A DNA stretch of 50,361 bases from a virus. The translations under genes were made by a program, and so were the position numbers. This document shows positions 14,292 through 23,494 of this stretch, piece after piece (the stretch's first letter is position 1; every line of letters starts with the position of its first letter). The notes beneath the pieces are model-generated. The model saw only the letters and a list, made by a program, of their open reading frames with translations, made no database searches and was not told where the DNA came from. Where the stretch lies: positions 1 through 50,361 of the IMG/VR virus record IMGVR_UViG_3300046823_000218. One strand, written 5' to 3'.

Positions 14292-16646
14292 ATGTCCGCA
14301 ACCGTAACCTCGCCGCCCATTGGCACCATGCCGGGCACGCTGGCGGGCGATGCGACGCCCGGCACGCATGGTCTTGTCCCGCCAGGACCAGCAACCGGTC
14401 CGCCGCAGGACCAGGACAAGAAATTCATCCAGCGGGACCAGCCCGACCCGGATGAACCTCGCCGCAAGCTCGTCAAGCGCTGGACCGATCGGGTTCTCCG
14501 CGCCAAGAAACACTGGGACCCGACGTTCAACCGCATGCGCGAGAACCAGCATTTCGTCGAGGGTCGGCAGTGGCCGGACATGCCGAAGCCGCACAGCGAA
14601 ATGGTCCGTGACGATCGCTACATCGCCAACATCTGCATCCGCCATGTGATCCAGCGCACGGCGGAACTCTATCCTAACAACCCGACCATGCAGGCGAAGC
14701 GCGCGCCCAAGCTGATCGCGACCACCTGGGACGGCACCGGGCAGCAGCTTCAGCAGGCGCAGCAGGCGATGCTGATGGCGGCGCAGCACGGCATGCCGCC
14801 CGATCCGCAGTCGCTGATGATCCTGCAAGACGCACAAGCCGTGCACCAGTTCGACCAGGTCATGGACCGCATCGGGTCGACCTTGAAAATGCTCTACGAC
14901 TACAATGTCCGCGAGCAGTCGCACTCGTTCAAGAACTGCATGAAGATGACCGTGCGGCGCGGCCTGATCACCGCGGTCGGCTACGTCAAGATCGGTTTTC
15001 AGCGGGCGATGCGCATGCGGCCGGAAATCGAAGCCCGCATCGCCGACATGTCGGAGCGCCTGGCGCACATCGAGCGGCTGGCGGCGGACATGGCCGACGA
15101 GGAAATCGAGCATGACAGCGCCGATGCCGAGGAGCTGCGGCTGGCGATCCAGTCGCTCGCCTCCGAGCCGCAGCTCATCATCCGCGAGGGCTTGACCTTC
15201 GACTACCCGGACAGCACCTCGATCATTCCCGACCCGCAATGCCGGTCTCTGCGTGGCTTCCTCGGCGCTGACTGGGTGGCGCAGGAATATCTGCTGACCC
15301 CCGACCAGATCGAAGAAATCTACATGGTCGATGTGGGCGACGGCTACACCGCCTACGACCAGGATGGGCTCTCGCAGGGGTTCGAGCTGGCCAAGCTCAG
15401 CCACTATTCGCAGGGCGACCGTGATGATGTGTCGACGCCCCTGGCGTGCGCCTGCGTCTGGGAAATCTACAACCGCAAGGATGGTCTCCTTTACGTCGTC
15501 TGTGATGGCTACAAGGATTTTCTTCAGGAGCCGGGACCGCCCGAGGTCGAAATCAGCCGCTTCTATCCGTGGTTCTCGTTCGTGTTCAATGAAGGCTACG
15601 ACCAGCAGCAGCTCTATCCGCAATCGGACATCGATCTGATCCGGGACATGCAGCTCGAACTCAACCGGGCGCGACAGGGCTTGCGTGAGCACCGGCGGGC
15701 CAACCGCCCGAAAACGGCGGTCGCCGCCGGCGTGCTCGAACAGGGCGACATGGATAAGCTGCGCACGCATCCGGCGAACGCGTTGCTTGAACTCAACTCG
15801 CTTTCGCCCGGGCAGAAGATCGACGACGTGTTGCAGGTCATCAAGATGCCACCGATCGACGCCGCTGTTTACGACACGGCGCCGGTGTTCGAGGACGTGC
15901 TGCGCGTGCTGGGGTCGGACCAGGCGGATCAGGGCACCACGTCGGATGCGACTGCGACCGAGGTTTCGGTCGCCCAGTTCAGCCAGAACACCGACACCGT
16001 CAGCATCGTCGACGACATCAACGACACGCTGTCCGAGCTGGCGCGCACGGCCTCGGAAATCCTCATCCTGAACGTGTCGCAGGAGACGGTGCAGAAGACG
16101 ATCGGCCCGGGCGCCGTGTGGCCGCAGATCAACGCGCAGATGGCGGCTGAGAACGTGTTTCTTGAGGTCGACCTCACTGCCAACGGTCCCGTCAACCGTC
16201 AGCAGGACGTGCAGCACCTGGTGCAACTGGTCCCCCTGCTTCAGCGCATCCCCGGCGTCTCGCCCGAGTGGCTGGCGAAACAGGTTATCCGGCGCATGGG
16301 CGATGATGTCGACATGTCCGAGGCGTTCGCCGAGGGGCTGCCGTCCATGGAAGCCCTCAACCAGCTCATGGGCAGGCCACCCGCGGCGCCAGGTGCTCCA
16401 GGACCAGGCGCCCCAGGACCGGGCGGCGCCGGCAAAGGTGCCCCGCGCCCGCCAGGACCAGGACAGGACCCTAACGCGCAGGGACCGGCTGGTTCACTTC
16501 CGGCACCCCCCGCACCAGGTATGACCCCCACCGGGCGGCTGGGACCTTTCACGCCGCCCATGCAGGTCTACGGTGCCAACGGCAACCGCCCCGGCACCGG
16601 CGGCGGAATGCCGCGTCCCAGTGGACAGGGCATGCCCACGCCTTAG
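14292..16646 (+). CDS. Portal protein (with Pro/Gly-rich C-terminal tail)
   Basis: ORF track 784 aa. The position directly after terL, the size, and RMRENQHFVEGRQW fit a portal protein. The C-terminus is APGAPGPGAPGPGGAGKGAPRPPGPGQDP. Confidence 0.8.
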   Translation: MSATVTSPPIGTMPGTLAGDATPGTHGLVPPGPATGPPQDQDKKFIQRDQPDPDEPRRKLVKRWTDRVLRAKKHWDPTFNRMRENQHFVEGRQWPDMPKPHSEMVRDDRYIANICIRHVIQRTAELYPNNPTMQAKRAPKLIATTWDGTGQQLQQAQQAMLMAAQHGMPPDPQSLMILQDAQAVHQFDQVMDRIGSTLKMLYDYNVREQSHSFKNCMKMTVRRGLITAVGYVKIGFQRAMRMRPEIEARIADMSERLAHIERLAADMADEEIEHDSADAEELRLAIQSLASEPQLIIREGLTFDYPDSTSIIPDPQCRSLRGFLGADWVAQEYLLTPDQIEEIYMVDVGDGYTAYDQDGLSQGFELAKLSHYSQGDRDDVSTPLACACVWEIYNRKDGLLYVVCDGYKDFLQEPGPPEVEISRFYPWFSFVFNEGYDQQQLYPQSDIDLIRDMQLELNRARQGLREHRRANRPKTAVAAGVLEQGDMDKLRTHPANALLELNSLSPGQKIDDVLQVIKMPPIDAAVYDTAPVFEDVLRVLGSDQADQGTTSDATATEVSVAQFSQNTDTVSIVDDINDTLSELARTASEILILNVSQETVQKTIGPGAVWPQINAQMAAENVFLEVDLTANGPVNRQQDVQHLVQLVPLLQRIPGVSPEWLAKQVIRRMGDDVDMSEAFAEGLPSMEALNQLMGRPPAAPGAPGPGAPGPGGAGKGAPRPPGPGQDPNAQGPAGSLPAPPAPGMTPTGRLGPFTPPMQVYGANGNRPGTGGGMPRPSGQGMPTP

Positions 16647-16658
16647 TAGGAGAAAATC

Positions 16659-17150
16659 ATGGCAACTAAAGTTCAAGTTACTGGTGGCGTGCTCGAGGTT
16701 GAGGCGATCATGGGGCCCACCCATCCGGACGCCGGTCTGCCGATCAAGCCGGCGCGCCCAGGCCACGATCTGCCAAGCTCTGACGCGCATCCCTGGGTGC
16801 CTGGGCATCTGCCCGACCCCGGACCGCCGGGTGTCTTCCCGCCATTGACGCCCAGCCATCCGATCCAGCCGGCGCCTCCGGGGACGCTGCCAGGGACAAT
16901 CTGGCCGCCGGTTGGTCACCCGAGCCATCCTCTGCCTGGCAGTCCCGGACACCCGTCCACTGGGCCGGTGCCTCCCGGCACAGTGACGCCGCCGATCGCC
17001 ACGCCGCCTCCCGTGGCCGGCACGCCGATCCCGCCTAAGACTTACTGGTTGGTCGCGGGCATCCCCGGTGTCGGCTGGCGTTACGTCGCGATCGATCCAT
17101 CACTCGTGGTCGGTGGCGGCCCGGCGCCGACGCCCGCACCGAAAGGCTAA
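16659..17150 (+). CDS. Proline/histidine-rich protein of unknown function
   Basis: ORF track 163 aa with a good RBS (taGGAGaaaatcATG). Contains repeated (G/S)HP and PPG motifs. The C-terminus is the ordered-looking KTYWLVAGIPGVGWRYVAIDPS. Confidence 0.65.
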   Translation: MATKVQVTGGVLEVEAIMGPTHPDAGLPIKPARPGHDLPSSDAHPWVPGHLPDPGPPGVFPPLTPSHPIQPAPPGTLPGTIWPPVGHPSHPLPGSPGHPSTGPVPPGTVTPPIATPPPVAGTPIPPKTYWLVAGIPGVGWRYVAIDPSLVVGGGPAPTPAPKG

Positions 17151-17156
17151 CCTACG

Positions 17157-17336
17157 GTGGAGGCGGTGAAGCTGGGCCGGCAGTTGATCGCTGTACTGCC
17201 GGCCCAGTTTCTCGCGATGCTGTTGCTCAATGTGCTGATCGTAGGCGGCTTCGTCTGGCACATGGACACCCAATTGCAAGCGCGCGAGCGGGTCCTCATC
17301 AAACTGATCGAGACCTGTAATGCCGCGGCGAGATAA
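17157..17336 (+). CDS. Small single-pass membrane protein (59 aa)
   Basis: My own translation from GTG 17157: VEAVKLGRQLIAVLPAQFLAMLLLNVLIVGGFVWHMDTQLQARERVLIKLIETCNAAAR. GAAAGG lies about 10 nt upstream. It falls below the ORF-track size cutoff. Confidence 0.4.
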   Translation: MEAVKLGRQLIAVLPAQFLAMLLLNVLIVGGFVWHMDTQLQARERVLIKLIETCNAAAR

Positions 17337-17365
17337 CCGGCTGCATTAGACGAAATATCAACAGG

Positions 17366-17554
17366 ATGGTCGAACGGTTTACCTTCACCGTGTGGGGCGT
17401 TCAGATGCGCTGTCACGTGCTGAACGATGGCCAGCGCGTCATCGACGCCGAGGACGCACAGAAGTTCTTCACGATGTTGGAGGAAGGGGCGCCCATCGCT
17501 AACGATGCCGAGCTGCAGGCGTTCACCGACTGGCTGGCCGGGAAGGCGCGGTGA
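17366..17554 (+). CDS. Hypothetical protein (62 aa)
   Basis: ORF track. The composition is non-biased and protein-like (MVERFTFTVWGVQMRCHVLNDGQRVIDAEDAQKFFTMLEEG...). Confidence 0.5.
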   Translation: MVERFTFTVWGVQMRCHVLNDGQRVIDAEDAQKFFTMLEEGAPIANDAELQAFTDWLAGKAR

Positions 17555-17618
17555 TGGCGCGCGCCCGGTGCGTGCCCGCGAGCGCTCTACCGTAGAGTGC
17601 TGCGATCGTCTGCATGCT

Positions 17619-17642
17619 GTGTTGTTACACGTGAAACAACAC
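17619..17642. promoter_or_regulatory. 24-bp near-perfect palindrome GTGTTGTTACAC/GTGAAACAACAC upstream of the scaffold gene
   Basis: 8-bp perfect arms GTGTTGTT / AACAACAC around a CACGTG-containing spacer. It lies in the 137-bp gap 17555-17691. Confidence 0.6.
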
Positions 17643-17691
17643 TAGACACGACACCGACGCGACATTTAGGGTTCTTCCTCGGAGAACCGAA

Positions 17692-18828
17692 GTGTCGGAA
17701 ACGACCTCCACCGCCACGGACAGCACGACCTCGACACCGGCGCCCTCGTCCAGCGCCGAACCCTCCGGCACGCCCTCCCCGAGCGCGCCGGCCGACGCCA
17801 CACCGCCCTCGTCAGGCAGCAGTGACAGCACGGCGCCCTCGTCAGGCGACAGCCGCCAGTCCGACCGTGAGCAGCTTCTTTCGGCAGTGCTCAAGGTTGT
17901 CCAGACCAGACCCGAAGCTCCTGCGCTCCCCACGGATGGTGAACCTCCCGTCGCGGACCAGGACCCCAAGGGCGCGGCGGACAGGGACAAGGCCGCGGCT
18001 TCGGAAACGGGTCAGGGAGCCACCCCCGCCCCGGATGAGACTTCCCAGGACAAGGACCCGACCGAAGGCGAGCTGAGGAAGCTCCGTCCCGAGACACGGA
18101 AGCGTTTTGAAACGCTCTTGTCCCAGCGCAACGAAGCGCGTCAGGCACTCGCGACCGTGCAGCCGGAGCTGGACCAGCACCGGCAGTTGCAGGGGTTTCT
18201 GCGGGAGCACCAGCTCGCCACCGACGATGTCAATCGTCTGCTGGGGGTTGGTTCGGCACTGCGGCGCGGCGATTACCGGGCCTTTCTGGAAGGCGTCACG
18301 CCTTATGTGATGGTCGCCCAGGAAGCACTCGGCATCCGCATCGCCCCCGATCTGCAAAAGCAGGTCGAGGAAGGCACGGTCAGCGAGGAGGCGGCGCGGG
18401 AAATGACCCGCGTGCGGCACCGCGCCAACCGGGCCGAGCACGAGCTGACGACCACGCGGCAGGCGCAGACTGCGGAGACGCAGCAGCGCAATGTCGGCGC
18501 CATTCGTGACGCGATCGACACTTGGGAAGCCGGCATCCGGACCAGGGACCCCGACTACGCCCACAAGTCGGTTGCCGTGCGTCGTTTCAGCCAGGCCCTG
18601 ATGCAGGAACGCGGCGTGCCCGCGACCGTGCAGCAGGCGGTGGAGCTGGTGAGAGCGGCCTATGAGGAAGCTTCACGCGAAATGCTGCGCGGCCGACCGG
18701 TCCCGCAACCGACGCGTCGCTCCCCCTCCGGCATCCAAACGACCACCACGGGGTCTGCCGCGCGGGAACCAACGTCCATGAAGGATGCTGCCTTACAGGC
18801 ACTCGCGAGCATGCGGCGGGCCTCCTGA
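17692..18828 (+). CDS. Putative scaffolding protein
   Basis: ORF track 378 aa (GTG start after GGAGAA). It sits between the portal and major capsid genes. The N-terminus is S/T/P-rich and disordered-looking, and the C-terminal half is helical and charged. Confidence 0.7.
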   Translation: MSETTSTATDSTTSTPAPSSSAEPSGTPSPSAPADATPPSSGSSDSTAPSSGDSRQSDREQLLSAVLKVVQTRPEAPALPTDGEPPVADQDPKGAADRDKAAASETGQGATPAPDETSQDKDPTEGELRKLRPETRKRFETLLSQRNEARQALATVQPELDQHRQLQGFLREHQLATDDVNRLLGVGSALRRGDYRAFLEGVTPYVMVAQEALGIRIAPDLQKQVEEGTVSEEAAREMTRVRHRANRAEHELTTTRQAQTAETQQRNVGAIRDAIDTWEAGIRTRDPDYAHKSVAVRRFSQALMQERGVPATVQQAVELVRAAYEEASREMLRGRPVPQPTRRSPSGIQTTTTGSAAREPTSMKDAALQALASMRRAS

Positions 18829-18847
18829 TCGTTCAGGGGCCTGACAG

Positions 18848-19930
18848 ATGGCGTTCACAGCAGGTGAAGTCACCAACATCGCCAACGCGACACTGGATTT
18901 CTATCTCAACAAGGGCGACACGTTCAAGCAGTCGATCCAGGCGAAGCCCTTGCTTCGGCTGCTCGAAGGCAGCGCCAAATCGTTCCCCGGCGGCAAGGGC
19001 AATATCTCGCTTGCCGTGAAGGGCAACTACGGCGCCGGTGGCGTCAACGACCACGTCGTCGGCTACACGCACAATGACGCCGTGAACTTCTACACGCCGG
19101 CCAACATCATGCGCTGCAACTATCCGTGGCGCGAGCATCACATCGGTCTGACGCTCACGCACACGGAACTGAAGATCGATGGCATCTCGGTCACCGACGA
19201 GGGCGGCGACGGTTCGAGCCTGTCTAACCACTCGGACCGCGAGGTCACGGTCCTGGTGAACCTGCTTCAGGACAAGCTGGAGGACTTCGGCGAACAGTAT
19301 GGCCGGTCCATGAACAACCTGTTCTGGGCTGACGGCACGGCCGATCCGAAGGCGCTGGCCGGCTTCCAGTCGATCATCCTGGACGTGCCCAACACCGGGA
19401 CCACCGGCGGCTTGTCCCGGTCCGCCAACACCTGGTGGCAGAACCGCGCCGCCACCGCGGCCTTCGGCACCGCCGGTGGGCGTGGGGCGATCACCTCGGC
19501 CACCACCAACGGCGGCGCCCTCTGGACCTTCTTGCAACAGGAATACCGGCAGCTCATCCGCTACGGTGGCCGGCCGACCAAGTTCCTGGCGGGGTCGGAT
19601 TTCATCACCGCGCTTGAGACCGAAATCCGCGCCAACGGCAACTACTCGATGACGGGCTTCACTGGCGGGCAGGACGGCTCGATGGGGCAAGTCAAGTTCG
19701 GCAGCAACACGATCGAATACGATCCGACGCTCGACACGCTGGGGCGCAACAAATACGGCTACTGGTGGGACCCGCGGCACATCTACCTGATGAAGCAGGA
19801 TGGGGAGTGGGATCACCGCTTCACGCCCTCGCGGCCCTACAACCAGTTCGTGCTTTACAAAAGCATGACGCACACAGGTCAAATCGTAGCACAACAGCTC
19901 AACTCGTCACTAGTTGTACAGATCAACTGA
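18848..19930 (+). CDS. Major capsid protein
   Basis: ORF track 360 aa. Supported by its position after the scaffold gene, its size, and a strong terminator immediately downstream. Confidence 0.8.
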   Translation: MAFTAGEVTNIANATLDFYLNKGDTFKQSIQAKPLLRLLEGSAKSFPGGKGNISLAVKGNYGAGGVNDHVVGYTHNDAVNFYTPANIMRCNYPWREHHIGLTLTHTELKIDGISVTDEGGDGSSLSNHSDREVTVLVNLLQDKLEDFGEQYGRSMNNLFWADGTADPKALAGFQSIILDVPNTGTTGGLSRSANTWWQNRAATAAFGTAGGRGAITSATTNGGALWTFLQQEYRQLIRYGGRPTKFLAGSDFITALETEIRANGNYSMTGFTGGQDGSMGQVKFGSNTIEYDPTLDTLGRNKYGYWWDPRHIYLMKQDGEWDHRFTPSRPYNQFVLYKSMTHTGQIVAQQLNSSLVVQIN

Positions 19931-19935
19931 CCAAC

Positions 19936-19973
19936 AGGACCGCCGTTCTTCGGAACGGCGGTCCTCGTTTGTG
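19936..19973 (+). terminator. Rho-independent-type terminator after the capsid gene
   Basis: 13-bp perfect stem AGGACCGCCGTTC / GAACGGCGGTCCT with a ttcg loop, followed by cgTTTgtg. Confidence 0.75.
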
Positions 19974-19993
19974 ACACGAGGAGAAGATTATTT

Positions 19994-20674
19994 ATGCCCA
20001 CCTATCAATTATTGCGCTGCATGGTTGCCCTCGGCGGGGACAAGGACAACGTCGTCGCCCGCCATCGCGGCAACCCGATCGCCTACCCGGAACTCGCGAT
20101 CCTGCAACACATGCACGGCTACGACGCGGTAACCGAGGTCTTCGTTCTCGGCACCGCCGACATGACCACGGACGAAATGCTGGCGCGGCTGCGCACGACT
20201 TACGACGACAAGTATCTCAAGGAAGTCTATCCGGGGACGCGGCCGAAGCTGCCCACCGATGATGCGGCGCTGCCGCACTGCACGCTGCCGATGTATGTGC
20301 CGAAACCCACGCGGCCGGACAATCCCGACCCGGTGCTGAAGCCGCTTACCGTGACCAGCCACCCGGGGGTGCAGGTCATCGAGCACGAGCTGCCCGTCGA
20401 GGAGCTGCCGCCCGAGCCGGAGCTGGATGAGGCGACGATCCGCGAGTTCGAGGAGCCGGAGCCGGAGAAGATCGACCTGGCGCAGGCAATGCGCCCGGCG
20501 GTGGCGGGGGGCATGTCCCTCAACCGTCCTACGGTCGAGGACCAGCCGCAGACGCGGGTCGGCTTCCGCGGCCAGGCGCGCCAGGCGCGGCGGACCGAGG
20601 CCCACTTGCCCGACGTCTCGGGACAACGCGAACGCCGGCCCGAGGAGCACGACCACGACCAGGCGCGGGGGTAA
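19994..20674 (+). CDS. Hypothetical structural-module protein
   Basis: ORF track 226 aa with RBS GAGGAGAA upstream. No motif was recognised. Confidence 0.7.
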   Translation: MPTYQLLRCMVALGGDKDNVVARHRGNPIAYPELAILQHMHGYDAVTEVFVLGTADMTTDEMLARLRTTYDDKYLKEVYPGTRPKLPTDDAALPHCTLPMYVPKPTRPDNPDPVLKPLTVTSHPGVQVIEHELPVEELPPEPELDEATIREFEEPEPEKIDLAQAMRPAVAGGMSLNRPTVEDQPQTRVGFRGQARQARRTEAHLPDVSGQRERRPEEHDHDQARG

Positions 20675-20680
20675 CCCTTC

Positions 20681-21430
20681 GTGCCCAAGCAGCTCCGTGA
20701 ATTGCTGTCCGACCTGCGGGCCGAGGTTGGTCACTCGACCAACGTCGCCCACGGGATCAACGATCGCGATACGCTGCTCTACTACATCAACCGCACGCAG
20801 CAGGACCTCTACCGGGACTATGACTGGCCGCAGCTCATCATCGACCGGGATGTGCAGTTGGCCGATGGGCAGCGTTATTATCCCTATCCAACGGATCTGA
20901 GTTTCGAGGACATCGGGCACATCTGGGTGCTGATCAACACCGTCTACAACGAACTGCTCTACGGCATCGGCCCCTACGAGATGATCCTCTGGAACTCGGA
21001 CAACGGGTTCAAGGCGTGGCCGACGCAAAAGTGGATGCACCACGCCGACGACAATACGTTCGAGCTGTGGCCGGTCCCGGACGGCACTGCGCAGGCCAAC
21101 AACGCGATCGTGCGGCTGCGCGGCACCAAGACGGTCCCCTGGATGGTGAATGACGCCGACCAGTGCGTGCTGCCGGACGCGCTCATCACCGCGTTCGCTG
21201 CGATCCCCATCCTGCGGCGGGACAACGCCAAGGACGGTGATGCGCAGCAGGCCCGCGCCGCCGAGCTGATGCGCCGGCACCGGGTCCTCCAGGCATCGAA
21301 GAAGCGGGTGCGGCCGATCGCCATCGGCGCCGGCGGCGGGGACGCACAGAGCCGGCCTGGTTCGCAGCCGGTGCTGGGCCTCGACTACATACCCCCGGGC
21401 TATGGCAGCGGCCCCGGCCGGGGGCCGTGA
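20681..21430 (+). CDS. Putative head-tail adaptor / tail tubular protein A (T7 gp11 position)
   Basis: ORF track 249 aa. The call rests on synteny (capsid - x - this - larger tail protein - internal virion proteins) and on size. It is based on position only. Confidence 0.6.
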   Translation: MPKQLRELLSDLRAEVGHSTNVAHGINDRDTLLYYINRTQQDLYRDYDWPQLIIDRDVQLADGQRYYPYPTDLSFEDIGHIWVLINTVYNELLYGIGPYEMILWNSDNGFKAWPTQKWMHHADDNTFELWPVPDGTAQANNAIVRLRGTKTVPWMVNDADQCVLPDALITAFAAIPILRRDNAKDGDAQQARAAELMRRHRVLQASKKRVRPIAIGAGGGDAQSRPGSQPVLGLDYIPPGYGSGPGRGP

Positions 21431-21433
21431 GCG

Positions 21434-21538
21434 ATGATGGTGCTGGACGTACCACTGTGGTCGCTCCTACTCGCCGCGTTCCTGGCGGGCGCTGCCGCGG
21501 GTTGGTTGGTTTCTGCGGCTGTCCACCATGCCCGCTGA
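21434..21538 (+). CDS. Possible 34-aa transmembrane micro-protein
   Basis: My translation is MMVLDVPLWSLLLAAFLAGAAAGWLVSAAVHHAR. It overlaps the next gene start by 11 nt. It is short, so support is weak. Confidence 0.25.
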   Translation: MMVLDVPLWSLLLAAFLAGAAAGWLVSAAVHHAR

Positions 21539-22970
21539 TGATGTTTTCACGATCAGCGATTTCCGCGGCGGCCTCGATGCGCGCAAGACTGCGCTGACGG
21601 CGCCCGAGGGCACGCTGCGCATCCTCGAAAACGCGGTCATCAACCAGGGCGGTGAAATCGAAAAGCGGCTGGCGTTCGTGCCTGTCTGCACGCTGCCGGC
21701 TGATGTTACTTTCATCTTCGGGCAGGGCAAGAACCTGCACGTGTTCACGCCGGTCCCGCTGGTGATCGACCCCGGGACATGCCCGGTGCCGATCGTGCAG
21801 CACAATATGTTCGGGGCGCTGTCCGAGGGTTTCACCGTCGACGATTGCGAGACCTATAAAGGCGGCTTTCAGCTTTCGGTCACCGGTTCTGTCACCGGCA
21901 ATAACTACGTGATCTGGGGCAACGACAGCGCCACGCCGCTCGTGCCCTACCTGCCTTTGTCGGATGCGGACGGCCAAATTCACGGCACGTTCTCGCGCAC
22001 CTTCCGCTCCAAGATGTATCGCATCGACGGCGAGTTCCTGCGCTTCTCCGGTGTCGGCGACCCTTCCGTGCTCGATCCGGCTTCGGTGCCCAACCCGGGC
22101 GCCGGCTTCACCGACATCGCCGAGCAGGACCCCGATGCCGAGGACCTGGCGGGCATGGAGGTCTACTACAACTCCATGGCGATCATGTCCCGGCTGTTGA
22201 CGACGCTCTGGACGCTCGACCCCGATCCGACCAAGGACCAGATCACGCAGACGCTGCGCATCGGCACCGTGGCGCCGCACTCGATCTTGCAGTTCGGCAC
22301 CGGCGATGTGTTGTTTCTCTCTGACAGCGGCGTGCGCAGCCTGCATGCGATGGCAATCAACCTCGCCGCCTCGGTGAGCGATGTCGGTTCGGCGATCGAC
22401 CCGATCCTGGCCCCGGTTATCCGGGACAACGCGGTCGCCGCCGCGAAAGCGCGCGCCACCATCCAGCCGATCTACGGGCGGTATTGGCTGCACCTCAATG
22501 GCAAAATCTATGTGCTGTCCTACTTTCCCGCCGGCAATATCACGGCCTGGTCGGTGCTCGATCCCGGCTTCGTCGTGCAAGAGTTCGCCGTCGTGCAGAA
22601 CATGGTTTTCGCGCGCGGCCCCGACAACACGCTTTACCTCTATGGCGGTCTCGACCTGAACACCTATGACAGTTGCACGGTCACGGTGCGCACGCCGCAT
22701 CAGGCGATCGAGACGCCGACCACCAACAAGCGGATCAAGTCGCTCGACGTGATGTGCATGGGCGCATGGTCGCTCAGCGCCGGGATGCTGCCGAACAATG
22801 TCGAGGCGTTCGAGCTGGTGGCGAACATCCAGGACAACACCTACGGTCTAAAGTCGATCCCGTTCGCCGGCTATGGCACGCATCTTGGTCTTCAGTTGGT
22901 GCACCAGGCGCCCGGGCCGGCCACGCTCGCCGCCATCCACGCCAACGTGCAGCCGGGGGTGGTGAAATGA
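21528..22970 (+). CDS. Putative tail tubular protein B / nozzle (T7 gp12 position)
   Basis: ORF track 480 aa. The call rests on synteny. The ISDFRGGLD start is reminiscent of podovirus tail tube proteins. Confidence 0.6.
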   Translation: MPADDVFTISDFRGGLDARKTALTAPEGTLRILENAVINQGGEIEKRLAFVPVCTLPADVTFIFGQGKNLHVFTPVPLVIDPGTCPVPIVQHNMFGALSEGFTVDDCETYKGGFQLSVTGSVTGNNYVIWGNDSATPLVPYLPLSDADGQIHGTFSRTFRSKMYRIDGEFLRFSGVGDPSVLDPASVPNPGAGFTDIAEQDPDAEDLAGMEVYYNSMAIMSRLLTTLWTLDPDPTKDQITQTLRIGTVAPHSILQFGTGDVLFLSDSGVRSLHAMAINLAASVSDVGSAIDPILAPVIRDNAVAAAKARATIQPIYGRYWLHLNGKIYVLSYFPAGNITAWSVLDPGFVVQEFAVVQNMVFARGPDNTLYLYGGLDLNTYDSCTVTVRTPHQAIETPTTNKRIKSLDVMCMGAWSLSAGMLPNNVEAFELVANIQDNTYGLKSIPFAGYGTHLGLQLVHQAPGPATLAAIHANVQPGVVK

Positions 22971-23494
22971 TCACCCTCAAGGGCGCGCCCTTCGCCGAGG
23001 AGGAGGTCCTGCACATCGTGCGCAACCTGCGCCCGCGGGACCAGGCGGAAATCTATGCGCTGCGCTGGGACAACGACCCGGGCAGGCTTGCCATCGAAAT
23101 CCTGGCCTACGCCGGCGCGATGTGGCGGATGTTCTGTTACGAGGCCGAGCCGGTGGCGATGGCCGGCGTGGTCCCGGTCCGCCCCGGCGTGGTCCTGGCC
23201 GGCGCCTTCGGGACCGAGCTGTGGCCGCACGTGGTCCGGCCGGTGACCCGGTTCGCGCGTGACTGGTCGATCCCGCGTTTGCGCAACGCTCACTACCATC
23301 GCGCCGAGACCTATGCCCTTGCCCGCAATGTCGACAGCCGCAAGTGGCTGGCCAGTCTGGGGGCGGTGGAGGAGGCGTATCTGCGCGGCTTCGGCCGTGA
23401 TCAGGAAGATTTCATTCTGTATGCATGGAGGCTGCAAGATGTGCATGGGAGGAGGCCACCCATCCTCGGGGCCGAACCATATGCTTCAGACTGA
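22967..23494 (+). CDS. Internal-virion-module protein with GNAT-like C-terminal signature (T7 gp13 position)
   Basis: ATG 22967 overlaps the upstream stop (ATGA); this is the in-frame part of ORF 22673..23494. Sequence includes MITLKGAPFAEEEVLHIVRNLRPRDQAEIYAL ... NVDSRKWLASLGAVEEAYLRGFGRDQEDFILYAW. Confidence 0.65.
   Translation: MITLKGAPFAEEEVLHIVRNLRPRDQAEIYALRWDNDPGRLAIEILAYAGAMWRMFCYEAEPVAMAGVVPVRPGVVLAGAFGTELWPHVVRPVTRFARDWSIPRLRNAHYHRAETYALARNVDSRKWLASLGAVEEAYLRGFGRDQEDFILYAWRLQDVHGRRPPILGAEPYASD

Noticed and set aside
14196-16226. Very long antisense ORFs opposite real genes. Examples: 14196..16226(-) 676 aa, 33289..35205(-) 638 aa, 21186..22700(-), 20009..21280(-), 25389..26660(-), 31612..32958(-), 36347..37366(+), 39611..40717(+), 41486..42580(+), 8237..9298(-), 3462..4508(-).
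   Set aside because: They have R/G/P/A/H-rich, low-complexity composition typical of stop-poor shadow frames in high-GC DNA. Each is fully covered by an opposite-strand gene with clear motifs (portal, giant protein, PolA, nuclease, SNF2 and others). None has an RBS or a recognisable motif.
22673-23494. Long upstream extensions of track ORFs: 22673..23494, 23259..24347, 25254..26408, 13629..14291, 38679..38966, 35998..36369, 48883..49113.
   Set aside because: The extensions overlap the preceding well-supported genes in another frame and are low-complexity. Internal ATG starts with RBS or ATGA/TAATG coupling give compact, non-overlapping genes.
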